Notes under the pieces: model-generated | Database searches by the model: none | Told to the model about the DNA's origin: nothing | What the model saw: the letters and a program-made list of their open reading frames with translations, nothing else | Program-made: the position numbers and the translations under genes | Part shown: positions 1 through 9,236 of the stretch, piece after piece | Layout of the letters: every line of letters starts with the position of its first letter | Position numbering within the stretch: the first letter of the stretch is position 1 | Sequence record: OP764672.1 | Source: Klebsiella phage VB_KpP_HS106 | Reading direction: 5' to 3' (one strand) | Length of the DNA: 64,000 bases

Positions 1-13
1 ATTTGATGCTGCC

Positions 14-409
14 TTGCATCTGTCACCTACTAAACGCCACTTGTTCCATAACCCTGCAATGATGGCTTCTCGTGCCTATATGTACCCTCAAGTACCTCCT
101 ATGGACTATGGCAAGCTGGAAGAACGTATCCATGCTCTTATGGCTTCTGGTGAAAATGTCTGGGGTAACCCAGAAGTTAAATCAGCAAAGCCTAAACTGA
201 CTCCTACAGAGTATCTGAAAGTAGCTCAGGATACTGCTGCCATTCTGGCTGCTAAAAAATCACTGGAAAAGACTAAAGAAGTAGTCGATTCCATCAACCC
301 ATTAACCTATGTCCAACACCTGGAAGATGAAGATCTGATGTATCTGCTTCAGGTGGGGATGACCGAACTGCAAAAACGCTATTATGGAAAAGATGAAGCC
401 AGTAGTTAA
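14..409 (+). CDS. hypothetical early protein
   Basis: 131-aa ORF in the track. It is codirectional with neighbouring genes. No recognisable motif. Confidence 0.4.
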   Translation: MHLSPTKRHLFHNPAMMASRAYMYPQVPPMDYGKLEERIHALMASGENVWGNPEVKSAKPKLTPTEYLKVAQDTAAILAAKKSLEKTKEVVDSINPLTYVQHLEDEDLMYLLQVGMTELQKRYYGKDEASS

Positions 410-543
410 TAGCCTCTATCCCACAGCCGACAGTCTGGACGATGCAATGAATCGTGCTAAAGCCAGTCTGTACGGCTGCTCCCCTAACGATGTACATGCT
501 GCTGTCATGTGCTACCACAACACCCTGATCAAAGAGATGCTCA

Positions 544-912
544 ATGCTCGACAAGATACTGGAGGAACTTCCCAACCGTAGGGAAGAAATACTCCAGCGT
601 GTATTTGAACGAGTAGATATCAAAGATCTAGGCTTTAAACTTGAAGGCTTACCAAGCCCTTGCTTCATATGGACTGGCCCTGATTCAGGAACTGGACGTG
701 GTGGAGGCTATGGGCGTATGAGTCTCAATAGCCAGACTGTAGCTACTCACCTCGTTGTATATACCCACTTCTACGGCTATATCCCATCCAAGAAGCAGAT
801 AGACCATAAGTGTCGTAATCGCTTGTGCTGTAACCCAGCACACCTGGAAATGGTAAGCCAGAAAGAAAACCAAAAAAGAAAGGTTGCACATATTAAAGGA
901 ACCAAGAAATGA
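544..912 (+). CDS. HNH homing endonuclease (HNH_3-like)
   Basis: Motif IWTGP...GYGRM...HKCRNRLCCNPAHLE is a typical free-standing HNH nuclease core. The protein is small and basic. Confidence 0.7.
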   Translation: MLDKILEELPNRREEILQRVFERVDIKDLGFKLEGLPSPCFIWTGPDSGTGRGGGYGRMSLNSQTVATHLVVYTHFYGYIPSKKQIDHKCRNRLCCNPAHLEMVSQKENQKRKVAHIKGTKK

Positions 913-1097
913 AAGAAGATTGCTTTTTTGCTTTCGTGGCTGGTGGTGTCCTTGGTGTGATAATCATGGGTTTACTTATGTCCTATGTTGGCCCCAACTC
1001 CAAAGACAAGGTTGATGCCCGTAAAGCTGAATGTGAGCTTAACATTCCCCGTAACCAAAGCTGCATAATGCAGTTTGTCCCAGAGAAATCAAAATGA
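909..1097 (+). CDS. small membrane protein
   Basis: 62 aa with one hydrophobic helix (FAFVAGGVLGVIIMGLLM). Its start overlaps the stop of the upstream gene. Confidence 0.35.
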   Translation: MKEDCFFAFVAGGVLGVIIMGLLMSYVGPNSKDKVDARKAECELNIPRNQSCIMQFVPEKSK

Positions 1098-1339
1098 AAA
1101 AGTTACTATTACTTTGTATTGCTGGTGTACTACTGGCTGGATGTACTGATGCTGAACAAGCTGCTCTGCTCTCTTATGGTAGTAAAACCAAAGTAGAATG
1201 CTGGTCAGGTGGTCAGAAAATCTTCGACGACGAATCGACTGGTAAAGTTACCATCGATCAGTCTGGTATTTACTACAAGTCAGTTAAAACAGGCAATCTG
1301 GTACACACCTACGCTGACTGTATTATCAGTCAAGAGTAA
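1094..1339 (+). CDS. putative lipoprotein
   Basis: N-terminus MKKLLLLCIAGVLLAGC is a signal peptide with a lipobox (LAGC). ATGA start/stop overlap with the upstream gene. Confidence 0.5.
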   Translation: MKKLLLLCIAGVLLAGCTDAEQAALLSYGSKTKVECWSGGQKIFDDESTGKVTIDQSGIYYKSVKTGNLVHTYADCIISQE

Positions 1340-1406
1340 CTTCCTAAACCTGGTTTCATGTAAGCCAGGTTTGTGAATGTCACTCATAACCCATTAAGGA
1401 ATTCCT

Positions 1407-1646
1407 ATGTTCGATGTTGCATTAGCAATTGGTGTCACTATTGACACTACCCCAGAAATTACTGTTCAAGTGATCCTTGATGGTGTGCCTATCATGGATC
1501 CCCAAGTCATTACTGCTCAGGTAATGTCTGCTGTATCAAACAAGATCCTTGCCCAAGGTGGTAAGGGTATCGGTTACATGATCAATCAAGACGGCAGCTT
1601 AGGCGACCGTATTAAATTCACCGCATCTAAAGTAGAGACTATCTAA
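1407..1646 (+). CDS. hypothetical protein
   Basis: 79-aa ORF immediately upstream of the AAA gene. No motif recognised. Confidence 0.4.
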   Translation: MFDVALAIGVTIDTTPEITVQVILDGVPIMDPQVITAQVMSAVSNKILAQGGKGIGYMINQDGSLGDRIKFTASKVETI

Positions 1647-1647
1647 C

Positions 1648-2700
1648 ATGGCAACGACTCTGACAACTCCGCTCGACATTTCCAAAGCTGCTACTACCGT
1701 AGCCCACATCATGAAGCAAGGTCTTGTACCAATGCTGTATGGTGCTCCTGGTTTCGGTAAATCCTCTATTGCACAGGAAGTAGCTGATACCTACAACCTG
1801 CTGCTGATCGATCTCCGTCTGGCTGGTATGGAACCAGTAGACATGAATGGCGTACTGGGCTTCAACGAAGACAAGTCCAAAGGTAAATATATCCCTCTGG
1901 ATGAAATCCCACTGGAAGGCGATCCTATCCCGGTCAACCCTAAAACTGGCAAACAGTATGCTGGTTTCCTGGTACTGCTGGACGAACTGACCTCTGCTGC
2001 TGACGATACCAAAGCTGCAAGCTACAAGTTCATTCTGGACAAGAAAGTAGGACAGAAACACGTACACAAACGTATGTGGATCATGGCTGCTGGTAACCGT
2101 GAAGACGACGGTGCAATTGCATCCTCTTTGGGTACTGCTCTGGGTTCTCGTGTGGTTAACCTGACCATCAAAGAAAACCTTAAGTACTGGTTGAAGCTGT
2201 TCACTGCAACTCTGGATCCTCGTATTGTGGCATTCCTCAACTACGAGCCAGATGCATTTAACAAATTCAACCCGGATGCTAACGAGTATACCCATGCGTG
2301 TGCTCGTACCTGGTCTATGCTGTCCAAACTCATCACCCCGCTGGAATCTATTGATGGCTGGGAACCGATGATCGACGGCACTGTAGGTGTGGCTACTGGA
2401 CGCAGCTTCCGTACCTTCGTTACCTACTTCTCCAAAGTAGTAACTATGGATCAGATTCTCAAAGATCCTGAAGGTGCTCGTATCCCAACTAACGAACCAT
2501 CCTGGATGTATGCCCTTACTGGTGTACTGGCTCGTGGTGTAGCTGAAGATAACATTGCTAAAGCAATGACCTTCATTGAGCGTATGCCAGCGTCCTACCA
2601 GGTGATCTCCATGCGTAGCATCATTGCACGTAACCCTAAACTCGGCAGTAATGTTGAGGTAAGCAACTGGTGCACTCGCCACGCTGACGAACTTTTCTAA
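1648..2700 (+). CDS. AAA+ ATPase (MoxR-like)
   Basis: Walker A LYGAPGFGKSS and Walker B LVLLDELT. About 350 aa and paired with a downstream VWA protein, as in N4-like phages. Confidence 0.75.
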   Translation: MATTLTTPLDISKAATTVAHIMKQGLVPMLYGAPGFGKSSIAQEVADTYNLLLIDLRLAGMEPVDMNGVLGFNEDKSKGKYIPLDEIPLEGDPIPVNPKTGKQYAGFLVLLDELTSAADDTKAASYKFILDKKVGQKHVHKRMWIMAAGNREDDGAIASSLGTALGSRVVNLTIKENLKYWLKLFTATLDPRIVAFLNYEPDAFNKFNPDANEYTHACARTWSMLSKLITPLESIDGWEPMIDGTVGVATGRSFRTFVTYFSKVVTMDQILKDPEGARIPTNEPSWMYALTGVLARGVAEDNIAKAMTFIERMPASYQVISMRSIIARNPKLGSNVEVSNWCTRHADELF

Positions 2701-2709
2701 GGAATTACA

Positions 2710-3891
2710 ATGTCACCACTTGAGAAGATCCTCGACAAAGCCTTTACTACTCTGGCTTTGGATGAGAAGTATGTGTTCTGGGCTTCAATGATCCTCAGAT
2801 TAAAACATAAGGAAGTGCCCGCTGGGCACCCTTGTGATTCTGCTTACACGGATTCTTTAACCGTGTATTACAACCAGAAATTCATGGAGATGCTCAAACC
2901 TGCTGAACACCCTTTTGTGGTGGCTCACGAAGTTGGGCATATTGTGCATGAACACTGCACTACTTTCCCTGGCGATCTGGATGAAGATCTGTGGAACCAG
3001 GCTGGTGACTATGTAATCAACCTGGAACTGAAAAAGTCTGGAATGCCAATGCCTACAACTATTAAGGTACTGGTAGACTCCCGCTTTGATGGCATGACCA
3101 CCATGCAGGTATACCGAATTCTTCAACAGGAAGAGGCTAAGAATCCAGGCACTCACAAGGGTAAGAACCCTATGCCTGATTTCAATAAACAGCCTCTGAC
3201 TCAAGAAGATCAGGAAAGCCAGAAACAGCAAATTGATAGCATCTTATTAGGTGCTAACATGGCAGCTGAAATGGCTGAGGCAAACCAGACTGGTAAACAG
3301 TTTGGGCGTGGTACTAAGGATATGGCTCGCCGTATTGAGGATCTCCTGAATCCCCCAATTCCATGGCAGCACTATCTGAAGATCTTCTGTGAGAAGGTCA
3401 CACGTAAGCCTGGTCGTACCTGGTCACGTCTTCGTCGTCGTATGCTGGTACACGATATCACTGCTCCAGAACGCCGTGGTAAGTCCCTGGGACGTATTTC
3501 ATGGGCTATTGACGTATCTGGTTCCATTGGAAAGAAAGAGTTCACCATCTTCTTAGGTGGTGTCTATCAGGTACTGAAACTGTTTAAACCCGACGAAATA
3601 AAGCTGTATCAGTTTGATACTGATATCAAGGATATCTCCCGGATCTGTACAGTGCGTGATCTGCTCAATGTTAAATTCAGTGGTGGTGGTGGTACTTGTA
3701 TCGACAGTACTATTGAAGACTTCGCCCGTGATAAAGCATCACTGGGGATGTTCATCCTGACTGATGGTTACCTCAGCCAGCACAATCTGGTAGATCCTAA
3801 ACGTCCTGTAATCTGGTTCGTTTATGATAACCCCAACTTTGTACCAAAATTTGGCAAAGTGGTTCACTTTACAATGGAAGGGCTTGTATAG
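2710..3891 (+). CDS. VWA-domain protein with N-terminal HExxH metallopeptidase-like domain
   Basis: HEVGHIVHEH zincin motif near the N-terminus. MIDAS-like DVSGSIG motif in the C-terminal half. Genetically coupled to the MoxR ATPase. Confidence 0.7.
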   Translation: MSPLEKILDKAFTTLALDEKYVFWASMILRLKHKEVPAGHPCDSAYTDSLTVYYNQKFMEMLKPAEHPFVVAHEVGHIVHEHCTTFPGDLDEDLWNQAGDYVINLELKKSGMPMPTTIKVLVDSRFDGMTTMQVYRILQQEEAKNPGTHKGKNPMPDFNKQPLTQEDQESQKQQIDSILLGANMAAEMAEANQTGKQFGRGTKDMARRIEDLLNPPIPWQHYLKIFCEKVTRKPGRTWSRLRRRMLVHDITAPERRGKSLGRISWAIDVSGSIGKKEFTIFLGGVYQVLKLFKPDEIKLYQFDTDIKDISRICTVRDLLNVKFSGGGGTCIDSTIEDFARDKASLGMFILTDGYLSQHNLVDPKRPVIWFVYDNPNFVPKFGKVVHFTMEGLV

Positions 3892-3915
3892 AAGCCCCCT
3901 TAACCAGGAGCATTT

Positions 3916-5313
3916 ATGCAGCTATCCCAAGGCCAACAGAAAGCCTGTGAGTTCATCACGGACTTTCTGCTTAACAAACATCAACCTCATGATATCTATG
4001 TCCCCCGCTTTAAGGGGGATGAAGATCCCATGATATTCAACAGTAATCAGGTAATGGTTTTATCTGGTGCTGCTGGTACAGGTAAAACCACCGTCATTAA
4101 GTATGTGCTTGAACATCTGGAAAAAGTACAGAAGACGATGGAAGCACTAGGGATTAAAGTGCAGCGTAACCCCCGTACTGAATTCACAGCTACCACCAAT
4201 AAGGCTGCTGAAGCTTTCGAACATGCTATGGGATGTACTGCAAAAACAATCCATAGCTTGCTTCGTCTGGGCATGGAAGAAGATCCTAAGACTTATAAGG
4301 ATGTTCTCGTATCCCATAAACCAGATGAGTTGCTGTGGAATACCTTCGTCTTTGTCGATGAAGCCAGCTACATCGATATGACCTTGTTAGAGCATATCTA
4401 TATGAAGCTGGGTAAAGGCACCAAAGTAATCTTCATGGGTGATAAAGCCCAATGTAAGACTGCTGAAGGTGACTTGCCTGTATTCGAAGAAGGGCGCTTC
4501 CCCATGGTCGAGTTAACTCAGATCATGAGACAGTCTGATGATAGCCCTGTACAGGCATTATCTAAGCGTCTGCGTCAATGGGTGCTTGAAGGTGGCCCTA
4601 CACCTCCATGTAATGTGGATGGTAAGAACATCATCTGGGTAGAACGTAGTAAGTTCGAAGCAGGGATGATCAGGGATATGTCCCGTGATGAATGGGAATA
4701 CTCCACCAGCAAATTCCTGGCCTTTACCAACAAGCGAGTGAACGAAGTAAACCATAAGATTTATTCTCAGGTTACTGGCTCTCAGACACTCAGAGAAGGT
4801 GACTATGCGATCTGTAACAGCTATGTAGGTGGCATCAAGAATGTCCTCCCTGCTATCGGCACAGACCGCCTAGTTTACCTTACTGGTTTGGAACCAGATA
4901 AAGAATTGGGTGAAGCAGGTCACTGGGTTTATACCGACCGTAACCGTAAAGGTTCCAAGGACTTTAAATCAGGGGAAATAGTCCAAGCTTATTTCATGCC
5001 CAATGACAAAAAGGCTAAAGATAAGCTATTACGTCGTTTCTCCAAAAAGCTTCAGGAAATGGTTTTTGCAGAAAATCCTGAAGAATTCACCAAGATCAAA
5101 AATGCTTTGGATAAGGTTAAGAATACCTGGATCGATCTGCGTCCAGTGTTTGGATGCACTATCCATAAAGCACAAGGTTCTACCTTCCGCCGTGTCTATG
5201 TGGACTTGGGTGATCTCAACCGTTGCCGGGATATCGATCAGTTAAGGCGACTGCTTTACGTAGCTATTTCTCGTGCTCGTTTGCAGGTAGTACTTACCGG
5301 AGACATACCATGA
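3916..5313 (+). CDS. SF1 DNA helicase (Dda/RecD-like)
   Basis: Walker A GAAGTGKTT, Walker B FVDEASYID, and the C-terminal GCTIHKAQGSTF motif characteristic of the RecD/Dda family. Confidence 0.8.
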   Translation: MQLSQGQQKACEFITDFLLNKHQPHDIYVPRFKGDEDPMIFNSNQVMVLSGAAGTGKTTVIKYVLEHLEKVQKTMEALGIKVQRNPRTEFTATTNKAAEAFEHAMGCTAKTIHSLLRLGMEEDPKTYKDVLVSHKPDELLWNTFVFVDEASYIDMTLLEHIYMKLGKGTKVIFMGDKAQCKTAEGDLPVFEEGRFPMVELTQIMRQSDDSPVQALSKRLRQWVLEGGPTPPCNVDGKNIIWVERSKFEAGMIRDMSRDEWEYSTSKFLAFTNKRVNEVNHKIYSQVTGSQTLREGDYAICNSYVGGIKNVLPAIGTDRLVYLTGLEPDKELGEAGHWVYTDRNRKGSKDFKSGEIVQAYFMPNDKKAKDKLLRRFSKKLQEMVFAENPEEFTKIKNALDKVKNTWIDLRPVFGCTIHKAQGSTFRRVYVDLGDLNRCRDIDQLRRLLYVAISRARLQVVLTGDIP

Positions 5314-5831
5314 TAATTAAGACCACTGAAATGGATCTTTTTTGTCGATGTTTCAAACAGGCTATGTTTGATAAAGCCAAAAAAGACTTTAAAGTTTGGG
5401 TGCTTGAGGAAATAGTACCTAAGCACAAAGCTTTAACAGGCTCTGTGTATTTCACGAGAAACGGGGAGCATTATCCAGCTTACATACTGGACGATGCACC
5501 TGTAATTCAACTACACCCTTCATTATGTGAAGCCTTTGACGAACGATATGATCAGTTACGTCAAATGGAAGAGCTTGAGGGTAATTACTACGAATATCTC
5601 CTGAGGGATCTCGTAGCTAATAGTGGCAGTCTATCTGACTTTTATGTCCTTCTGCCTGAAGCTATGCATGAAACCATCAGATCACTAGGATTAAAAACTC
5701 ATGATGAACCCACTTCGGTATCTTCAGAGCAAATCGTAGAATTCCGTAAAGAACATGCAAAAGCAATCTCAATGTTTAAACGTCGTAAAACGATGGAAAG
5801 CATTGGGGTTAACAAAGGATCAATCATATGA
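5310..5831 (+). CDS. hypothetical protein
   Basis: ATG at 5310 overlaps the helicase stop (ATGA). 173 aa with no motif. Confidence 0.45.
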   Translation: MIIKTTEMDLFCRCFKQAMFDKAKKDFKVWVLEEIVPKHKALTGSVYFTRNGEHYPAYILDDAPVIQLHPSLCEAFDERYDQLRQMEELEGNYYEYLLRDLVANSGSLSDFYVLLPEAMHETIRSLGLKTHDEPTSVSSEQIVEFRKEHAKAISMFKRRKTMESIGVNKGSII

Positions 5832-6184
5832 AAACTGAAATTAAAGTAGGTGAGTACACTGTTATTCACGAAAATGGTACTAATTTTCATGCTTTGCGCC
5901 ATGGTGAACAATGGCGAGATCTTACCGGGGATAATCTGGTATTAGCTTTGGTTAGCCGCATCGAACAGTTGGAAAAGCTATGGCTTGAGCCAACTGAACA
6001 GATGGTCAATGCTGGTTTAGCTGAAATTCAAATCTGGTTAGATAACCTGAGTGAACTTCGTATTAACCAAGAAGGTAGCAATGGTTATATTGACCCGGAA
6101 TTGGTAACTGACGAAGAAGCTTCTGATGCTGCTGTATTCACTCTGCAAGCTATGGCAAGCAAGCTGCCTAAAGAGCCTGAGTAA
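5828..6184 (+). CDS. hypothetical acidic protein
   Basis: 118-aa ORF with overlapping start/stop junctions on both sides. Confidence 0.4.
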   Translation: MKTEIKVGEYTVIHENGTNFHALRHGEQWRDLTGDNLVLALVSRIEQLEKLWLEPTEQMVNAGLAEIQIWLDNLSELRINQEGSNGYIDPELVTDEEASDAAVFTLQAMASKLPKEPE

Positions 6185-6552
6185 TGGCCTCATCAATTAG
6201 GAGGCCATGGGCTAAAGAAGAAAAAAGCTTCCTGATTGATAATTACCTACGTGGTATGCCCATTAAAAGACTTGCTGTCTGTTTGGGGAGATCTGTTAAC
6301 TCAATAGACTCTGCAATCCGGGTGCTTGGACTTTCTGAATTGCGTAAAGAGATCAGAGATGAAACCAGAATTAAAATCCTGGATTATCTCTTTGATCACA
6401 CGCTGGAACAGGCCGAAGCTCACTTTAATATCTCCCATCGTCTTGCCAGACGAATAGCTGATAGCTATCCGGGAGGACTCAAAAACCTACGTTTTGAAAG
6501 GAAAAGAAATGCCGCTCTCGAAGCAACAAGTCATCTTCCTCAAGATGGCTAA
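6184..6552 (+). CDS. putative HTH DNA-binding protein (sigma region-4/LuxR-like)
   Basis: Segment KRLAVCLGRSVNSIDSAIRVLGL resembles a sigma-70 region 4.2 helix-turn-helix. Confidence 0.35.
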   Translation: MASSIRRPWAKEEKSFLIDNYLRGMPIKRLAVCLGRSVNSIDSAIRVLGLSELRKEIRDETRIKILDYLFDHTLEQAEAHFNISHRLARRIADSYPGGLKNLRFERKRNAALEATSHLPQDG

Positions 6553-6688
6553 GTCTGGTACTGCCCCTCGTTCTAATAAAAACCGTACAGGAACTGCTTT
6601 AGCTAAAGCTGGCCTTATCAAGTTTAATCAGATGTATGGCTGGCACCTCACGCCACAAGGCATTGAAGCCTTAAATCAAGCTGCCTAA
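6509..6688 (+). CDS. small hypothetical protein
   Basis: ATG at 6509 preceded by an aaggaaaag RBS. Overlaps the upstream gene in another frame. Followed by a terminator. Confidence 0.3.
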   Translation: MPLSKQQVIFLKMAKSGTAPRSNKNRTGTALAKAGLIKFNQMYGWHLTPQGIEALNQAA

Positions 6689-6694
6689 CAAATA

Positions 6695-6722
6695 AGCCAG
6701 ATTTATTCTGGCTTTTTCTTAT
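6695..6722 (+). terminator. rho-independent terminator
   Basis: Stem gccaga/tctggc with loop tttat, followed by tttttctt. Confidence 0.6.
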
Positions 6723-6758
6723 TAAAAGTCTTAGTAAATCTTACTTGAGGATATTCAA

Positions 6759-9236
6759 ATGCAAGTTGCGGATATGCAAAACAAATCGACCTCTGCCTCT
6801 CTGGGTGCTGGGGAAACTCTCGCTGTATCCATGGTAGAGGATGCTGCATTTCTGATGATGCTGTCATCTAACCTGTATTCAAACCAGCTTCTGGCAGCTA
6901 TTCGTGAGCCGCTGTGCAACGCATGGGATGCTAACATCGAAGCTGGTACTACCGATCAACCCCTGAAGATCTCCATCACTAATGATGGTGAACTGATCAT
7001 TCAGGATAGTGGTCTGGGTATCCCCCCAGAGAAGATCGCCCAAATCTATGGCACTTATGGTGCTTCCACCAAGCGTAACGATAGCAAGACTACTGGTGGC
7101 TTTGGTCTGGGCAGTAAAGCTCCATGGGCACTTGTGGATGCCTTCCGTGTAACCTCTGAATACAACGGAACCAAGACAGTCTATAACATGGCTCGTTCAG
7201 TAGTGGAGAACCAAGGCAAACCAGGTATTACACCTATGGTTAGCGTTCCTACTACTCGTTCTGGTTTAACTGTCAGCTTCCGTTTAACCCTAGATCAAGC
7301 TCAGACAGCTCATACCTATCTGAAGTATCTGGTTATGCATGGTGAAATGAATGCAGAGCTCAGTTGGATGGGTGGCGAATTTGAGCCTCTGGATAAACTG
7401 GGGATGTCCCATGAACCGGGTTCTTGGAATATAGATGATGATGTTTGGTACAACAAGTACATGGGTAACCACAGAATCTTTGTGCGCTATGGTGCTGTTA
7501 TCTACCCAATGCTGTTTACAGAAGCTACCAGCAAAGCTACTGGGATGCTCTCAGAGTTTATGGAAATCGTTGGTATTCAACGTCTACTGGTTCAAGCAGC
7601 TCCTGATACTCTGGCGTTAACACCAGCTCGTGAAGCACTCTCCAGCCAGAAACTAACTGAAGATGGCTTGACTGATCTATGTGTTCAGCTAGTTGCAAAC
7701 ATGGAAAAGGATATCATTGCCAAGATTCCATCTTCTATTGCTGCTACTTGCAATCGTATGCGTGAAGGTAAATTTTCTAATGGGCAACCTGCTATTGGCA
7801 GTCCTGCCAATATTATGGAGGAAATCCAACCTACTGTAGTCAAACGTTATCTGGGTAGCAATCTGGGGTCTTCTATTCGTAGGAAGTACTGGAAAGAACT
7901 CAAAGAAGCCGAACATGTTGGCTTTAAAAAGTTATACCAGTTTACTAAACCAGACTGGGTACATGCTAATCAGGCTCTGTGGGACTTACGCAAAGCTACC
8001 ACATATGGCAATCTCAGAACCCGTGAAGCTATCTATGCATTCCTTCGCAAACATACCATCAAACGTATTATGCGAGGTATTGCTGGAGCTGATTTTATTT
8101 CGGTTAAGAGCTTACGTTTCAGTACCCAGGAAAATACCTGGTGGGGCCGTAATGTCTATAGCGATGGCTTTATGCGTCGTATCCCATTCTCTGGAACTCA
8201 GATCGTAACTTACCTTGAAAACCAGGTGGTGTTTCTCACTTCCCGTTTGAAAGGTATTGCTGCGAGTAAGTCTGCCTACGACGGATACGTGCAAGGGACT
8301 TCCAACGCTGCATGGGCACTGAAAGTGGATCCACGAGCTAAAGCTGCTGATATTGCTGTTGTCACTGCAAAGCTGGAAAAGCTTGGGTTTACTGTAGTGG
8401 ATCTAACCCCAGGAGTAGAGTGGGATCCAGCCTATCGGGAAATTCTCGAAGCAAAGGAAAAGCGTGAGAAGAAAGCCAAGATTAAAGCTGAAAAACCAGG
8501 CAATAATCTGGGAACTGTCTCTGCTTATCTGAAGAATGGTAACTGGAAACTTAAAGGTGAAATTACTGCCTGTAAAGATCCAAGTCAGGTAAACCAGAAT
8601 CCTAAGTATTTTATCTCTATTGATGATATTCATAGGGGTATGCTGGGAAGCTTTATTCATCTGAAGGATGCTACTCCAGAAGACTTGTTTGATGGGGTAG
8701 TTGTTCGCAATGGTATTGAACGTCGTATGGCTGAAAATCGTGGTGCTATTGACGTGGATGCTTACTTTATACCGCGTGTTAAGCAAGTGGTACTAAGCAA
8801 AGCATTTGCAAAGTATGTCACCAAAGAACGCCAGAAAGCCTTGGCTACTCAGCATCGTATCTCATCTCAGGATATCAAGCTGTGTACTAAACTCGGCATT
8901 AAACTGCCTGGTTTGGAGAAGCTACGGTACGATCCTTACTTTGAGCGTATTCTCAGCCTTACTCCATCTACAGTAGCTGTTTATGCTTATACTCCAGAAG
9001 AGTATGAGAAGTTCAATGCAGATGAAAATTGGGATCCTATCCAAACCATCATGCGGGGTAGGCTGGAAGAGTTACCCTTTATCAAGAAATTGAAAGTGCT
9101 GCGTAGAGACGCTATGTTACGTGCCCTTGGGCATGGTGATGGTAGTGTCCTTCAGTGGCTCATTCAATACCCAGAGCGGGCTTCTGCTCTGAAAACCATC
9201 GTTTTAAGTGCACTCAAAAACGGAACTAAATCATGA
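6759..9236 (+). CDS. rIIA: rIIA-like protein with N-terminal GHKL (histidine-kinase-like) ATPase domain
   Basis: Bergerat-fold motifs: N-box REPLCNAWDAN, G1 IQDSGLGI and G2 TGGFGLGSKA. 825 aa. Sits upstream of an rIIB-sized partner and the DNA polymerase, matching N4-like synteny. Confidence 0.65.
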   Translation: MQVADMQNKSTSASLGAGETLAVSMVEDAAFLMMLSSNLYSNQLLAAIREPLCNAWDANIEAGTTDQPLKISITNDGELIIQDSGLGIPPEKIAQIYGTYGASTKRNDSKTTGGFGLGSKAPWALVDAFRVTSEYNGTKTVYNMARSVVENQGKPGITPMVSVPTTRSGLTVSFRLTLDQAQTAHTYLKYLVMHGEMNAELSWMGGEFEPLDKLGMSHEPGSWNIDDDVWYNKYMGNHRIFVRYGAVIYPMLFTEATSKATGMLSEFMEIVGIQRLLVQAAPDTLALTPAREALSSQKLTEDGLTDLCVQLVANMEKDIIAKIPSSIAATCNRMREGKFSNGQPAIGSPANIMEEIQPTVVKRYLGSNLGSSIRRKYWKELKEAEHVGFKKLYQFTKPDWVHANQALWDLRKATTYGNLRTREAIYAFLRKHTIKRIMRGIAGADFISVKSLRFSTQENTWWGRNVYSDGFMRRIPFSGTQIVTYLENQVVFLTSRLKGIAASKSAYDGYVQGTSNAAWALKVDPRAKAADIAVVTAKLEKLGFTVVDLTPGVEWDPAYREILEAKEKREKKAKIKAEKPGNNLGTVSAYLKNGNWKLKGEITACKDPSQVNQNPKYFISIDDIHRGMLGSFIHLKDATPEDLFDGVVVRNGIERRMAENRGAIDVDAYFIPRVKQVVLSKAFAKYVTKERQKALATQHRISSQDIKLCTKLGIKLPGLEKLRYDPYFERILSLTPSTVAVYAYTPEEYEKFNADENWDPIQTIMRGRLEELPFIKKLKVLRRDAMLRALGHGDGSVLQWLIQYPERASALKTIVLSALKNGTKS

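Noticed and set aside
1639-2682. 347-aa minus-strand ORF opposite the MoxR-like ATPase
   Set aside because: Exactly shadows the AAA+ gene, which has clear Walker motifs on the plus strand. The antisense frame has no motifs and starts with a non-ATG codon.
6759-9236. Considered as a phage RNA polymerase subunit or a novel GHKL defence ATPase
   Set aside because: The sequence shows Bergerat ATPase motifs rather than polymerase motifs. Size pairing with the next gene and position before the DNA polymerase fit rIIA/rIIB of N4-like phages better.
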